Assembly: GCA_002269645.1 (NCBI GenBank)
Contig: NIVC01002155.1
Location: 1 to 50,781 of the forward strand
Reading direction: 5' to 3'
Length of the DNA: 50,781 nt
From: Macrostomum lignano
Lineage: Eukaryota
The notes under the pieces are model-generated. The model was not told where the DNA came from, did no database searches, and worked only from the letters and a program-made list of their open reading frames with translations. Positions 48,197 to 50,781 of this stretch are shown in pieces (within the stretch, counting starts at the first letter, position 1; each line of letters opens with the position of its first letter). The translations under genes were made by a program, and so were the position numbers.

Positions 48197-49841
48197 TTAG
48201 GCGGCAGCTCCGCTCAGCTTTTTCAAGGCTCCGACGCCCATCTCCTGGTACTCCTGCCGGCTAATCCAGAACTTATCGTCGTGATCCTTCATAATATCGG
48301 CCAGGATAGCGCCGCCCAGGAACACCATGTGCTTGCGCCTGGGCGGATCCTCGATTCGGATTTTAAACTTGCTCAATCGTTCCGTGTCGCCTTTGAGCAC
48401 CTGCTCCAGGTACAACTGCTTCATTTCCCTCTCTAGCCGCTGGGCAGACCCGGGTACATTGTGGTGCCGCCCGATAGCACAATCTTCTTGTAGAACTCGG
48501 GCCTGATGTCCATGTCCGCCTGCTGGATGGTGTTGAACAGCAGTTCCGCCACGCCAACCCCGTCTACATCCACCAGGTGAGGCTGGAATAACGCCTCGGG
48601 AGCTTGAAAGCGCTCGCCACTTACCTGTGGTGTTTGGGGGGGGGCAACTGGCGGTTAATAAGCTGTTCTAGTTTTACCGTCATCCCATTCCCCTCCTCCC
48701 TCTCGTTAACCTCTCCATCTCCCTTCCCTCTCATATCCCTTGCCTCCCATCTGCCTTCCCTCCCATCTCCCTTCCCTCTTATCTGCCTTCCCTCTAATCT
48801 CCCTTCCCTGTCAACTGCCTTTCCTCCCATCTCCCTTCCCTCCCATCTCCCTTCTCTTTCATATCCCTTTCCCTTTATACCCTTCCCTTCCATCTCCCTT
48901 CTCATCCCATTCTCTACACCTCAGAAGAATCTCCATCCGCTCCTCTTGTGTCACATCTCAATCCATCTTCTCAGCGGCCACCCATCGGCTCACCTTGATG
49001 ACGCGGCCATCCGGCAGGGTGTACTTCTCGACCAGCACGGTGGTCTCCAGCGACAGCCGCTCCTCCTGAGCAATATCGTAAGCCACATAGCACAGACGCT
49101 CCTTCAGCTGACGGATTGTCTCAAAATCAGCGCTAGCATTAAAAGCGTAGCCTCTGAGCAGCAGGAGCTTGATGAGATAGCGCGTGATGTCCCGGCCGGC
49201 AATGTTCAGCCGCTTGGTGAGATGCGGCAATGCGAAGCCGTCGTACACCGGGCAGATGTGGGTGACGCCGTCGCCTGAGTCAACTACAACTCCAGTGAGC
49301 AGGCCTTGAGCATAGAGGGTCAGCACCGCCTGAAATGTATAGTGCAAGGTCACTGCTCGTATTCTAGTGCTGAGGGTCGCAACTCATACACTGTACATAA
49401 GTTTCTACTTTGTACTTTTATTGGAGATGATAAATAGGCTGCTAACTCGCTAACTAACTACCCAACTAACTGACCAAGTGACTAACTAATTGACTAACTA
49501 ACTGACTAACTGACTAACAAACAAATAAACTAACTAACTAACTGTCTGACTAACTAACTTACTAATAAAGTAAATAACTAACTAATAACTAACGAGTAAG
49601 TCACAATAACACGCCGAGACTTCACCTGAATAGCCACGTAGACTCCGGCAAAGTTGTACTTTTCAAACATTGCCTCAATCATGCGCTCCCGGTTCTTAGC
49701 CGGGTTCATGGGTGGCTCTGTCAGCAACACCTTGGTGTTCGGACAGTCCAGGTTCATCTTCTTCGGACCGAAGATGTAGTCGTACAGGTGCAGCATGTCA
49801 GTCCAGTTGCTGACTATGCCGTTCTCCATTGGGTAGTTCAC
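48197..49841 (-). CDS. ACTR2: Actin-related protein 2 (Arp2/3 complex), last three exons; 5' exons lie beyond the right edge
   Basis: Exons 49841-49626 ([10 protein letters not shown]...GVYVAIQ), 49329-48994 ([13 protein letters not shown]...DGRVIK), 48624-48197 (VSGERF...[15 protein letters not shown]...). One C is missing at ~48439, where PSRLERE is expected. Confidence 0.95.
48690..48905. repeat. CT-rich low-complexity tract in the last ARP2 intron
   Basis: Seen directly. Confidence 0.8.
49440..49592. repeat. Imperfect (TAAC)n microsatellite in an ARP2 intron
   Basis: Seen directly. Confidence 0.9.
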
Positions 49842-49964
49842 CTGCGATGGGAAGTAAGACAGGCAAATTAGCTGACGTATATCTTTCCCTGCATTATACA
49901 CTTCGACCATTGTGCTAATCTCGATTCCCATTGTAGAAGTAGAGAGTAGACTTCAGTCTTAATG

Positions 49965-50545
49965 GAACTACAGTTAGAACAACTTCCGGTTGTCGAACCT
50001 AATTGGAGATACAGTTAGAACAACTTCCGGTTCTCGAATCTAATTGGAGATACAGTTAGAACAACTTCCGGTTGTTGAATATAATTGTAGATACAGTTAG
50101 AACAACTTCAGGTTGTCGAACCTAATTGGAGATACAGTTAGAACAACTTCAGGTTGTCGAACCTAATTGGAGATACAGTTAGAACAACTTCAGGTTGTCG
50201 AACCTAATTGGAGATACAGTTAGAACAACTTCCGGTTGTCGAACCTAATTGGAGATACAGTTAGAACAACTTCCGGATGTCGAACCTAATTGGAGGTACA
50301 GTTAGACCAACTTCCGGTTGTCGAATCTAATTGGAGATACAGTTAGAACAACTTCCGGTTGTCGAATCTAATTGGAGATACAGTTAGAACAACTTCCGGT
50401 TGTCGAATCTAATTGGAGATACAGTTAAAACTTCCGGTTCTCTAATCTAATTGGAGATACAGTTAGAACAACTTCCGGTTCTCGAATCTAATTGGAGATA
50501 CAGTTAGACCAACTTCCGGTTGTCAAATCTAATTGGAGATACAGT
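49965..50545. repeat. 41-bp minisatellite (AGATACAGTTAGAACAACTTCCGGTTGTCGAACCTAATTGG)n in an ARP2 intron
   Basis: About 14 tandem copies. Confidence 0.95.
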
Positions 50546-50781
50546 TAGACCAACTTCCGGTTGATAAAGCTGAATTCCGAAGATAAATAATCTGATTACT
50601 TCCCTACTTCCGGTCTGACAGATCTGATACAGTTGGACTGCTTCCGTTCATAAAAAAATCGCCATATTCAATACTACTTCCGATTGTCGCAAAAGGCTAT
50701 TCATTACTAGGTCCAGTCCCGGCTTCCGGAATTTAAACAGAGCTCTCGCCACTGTCACATTAGAAGCGAGTGAAACGAAAA

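Overview
Eukaryotic (animal) genomic DNA: GC-rich spliced exons separated by AT-rich introns and spacers that are mostly filled with minisatellites. The style is reminiscent of free-living flatworm assemblies such as Macrostomum, but this is inference only. Genes assembled by hand from splice sites and reading phase, left to right: (1) 5' part of a secreted/membrane receptor with a GABA-B-like Venus-flytrap domain (minus strand, runs off the left end); (2) a 9-exon RPGR orthologue (RCC1 repeats, C-terminal CaaX CQVL, one apparent 1-nt frameshift); (3) four tandem PLAC8/cornifelin-family cassettes, two intact and two truncated, each carrying homologous minisatellite loci and showing gene-conversion mosaicism; (4) a BACE-type membrane aspartic protease; (5) Cab45/SDF4; (6) the 3' three exons of ARP2 (one apparent 1-nt frameshift). 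Mobile DNA includes a solo LTR with a 4-bp TSD, a 1-kb foldback element with a 9-bp TSD and a nested TA-MITE, a 51-bp TIR-only element with an 8-bp TSD, and other MITE-like elements. Almost all long ORFs in the supplied track are translations of tandem repeats. The most promising leads are an in-frame, ORF15-like intron read-through in RPGR, the mosaic PLAC8 array, a micro-exon in the VFT receptor, and a possible amidated RF/RW neuropeptide reading frame at 17.75-18.07 kb.
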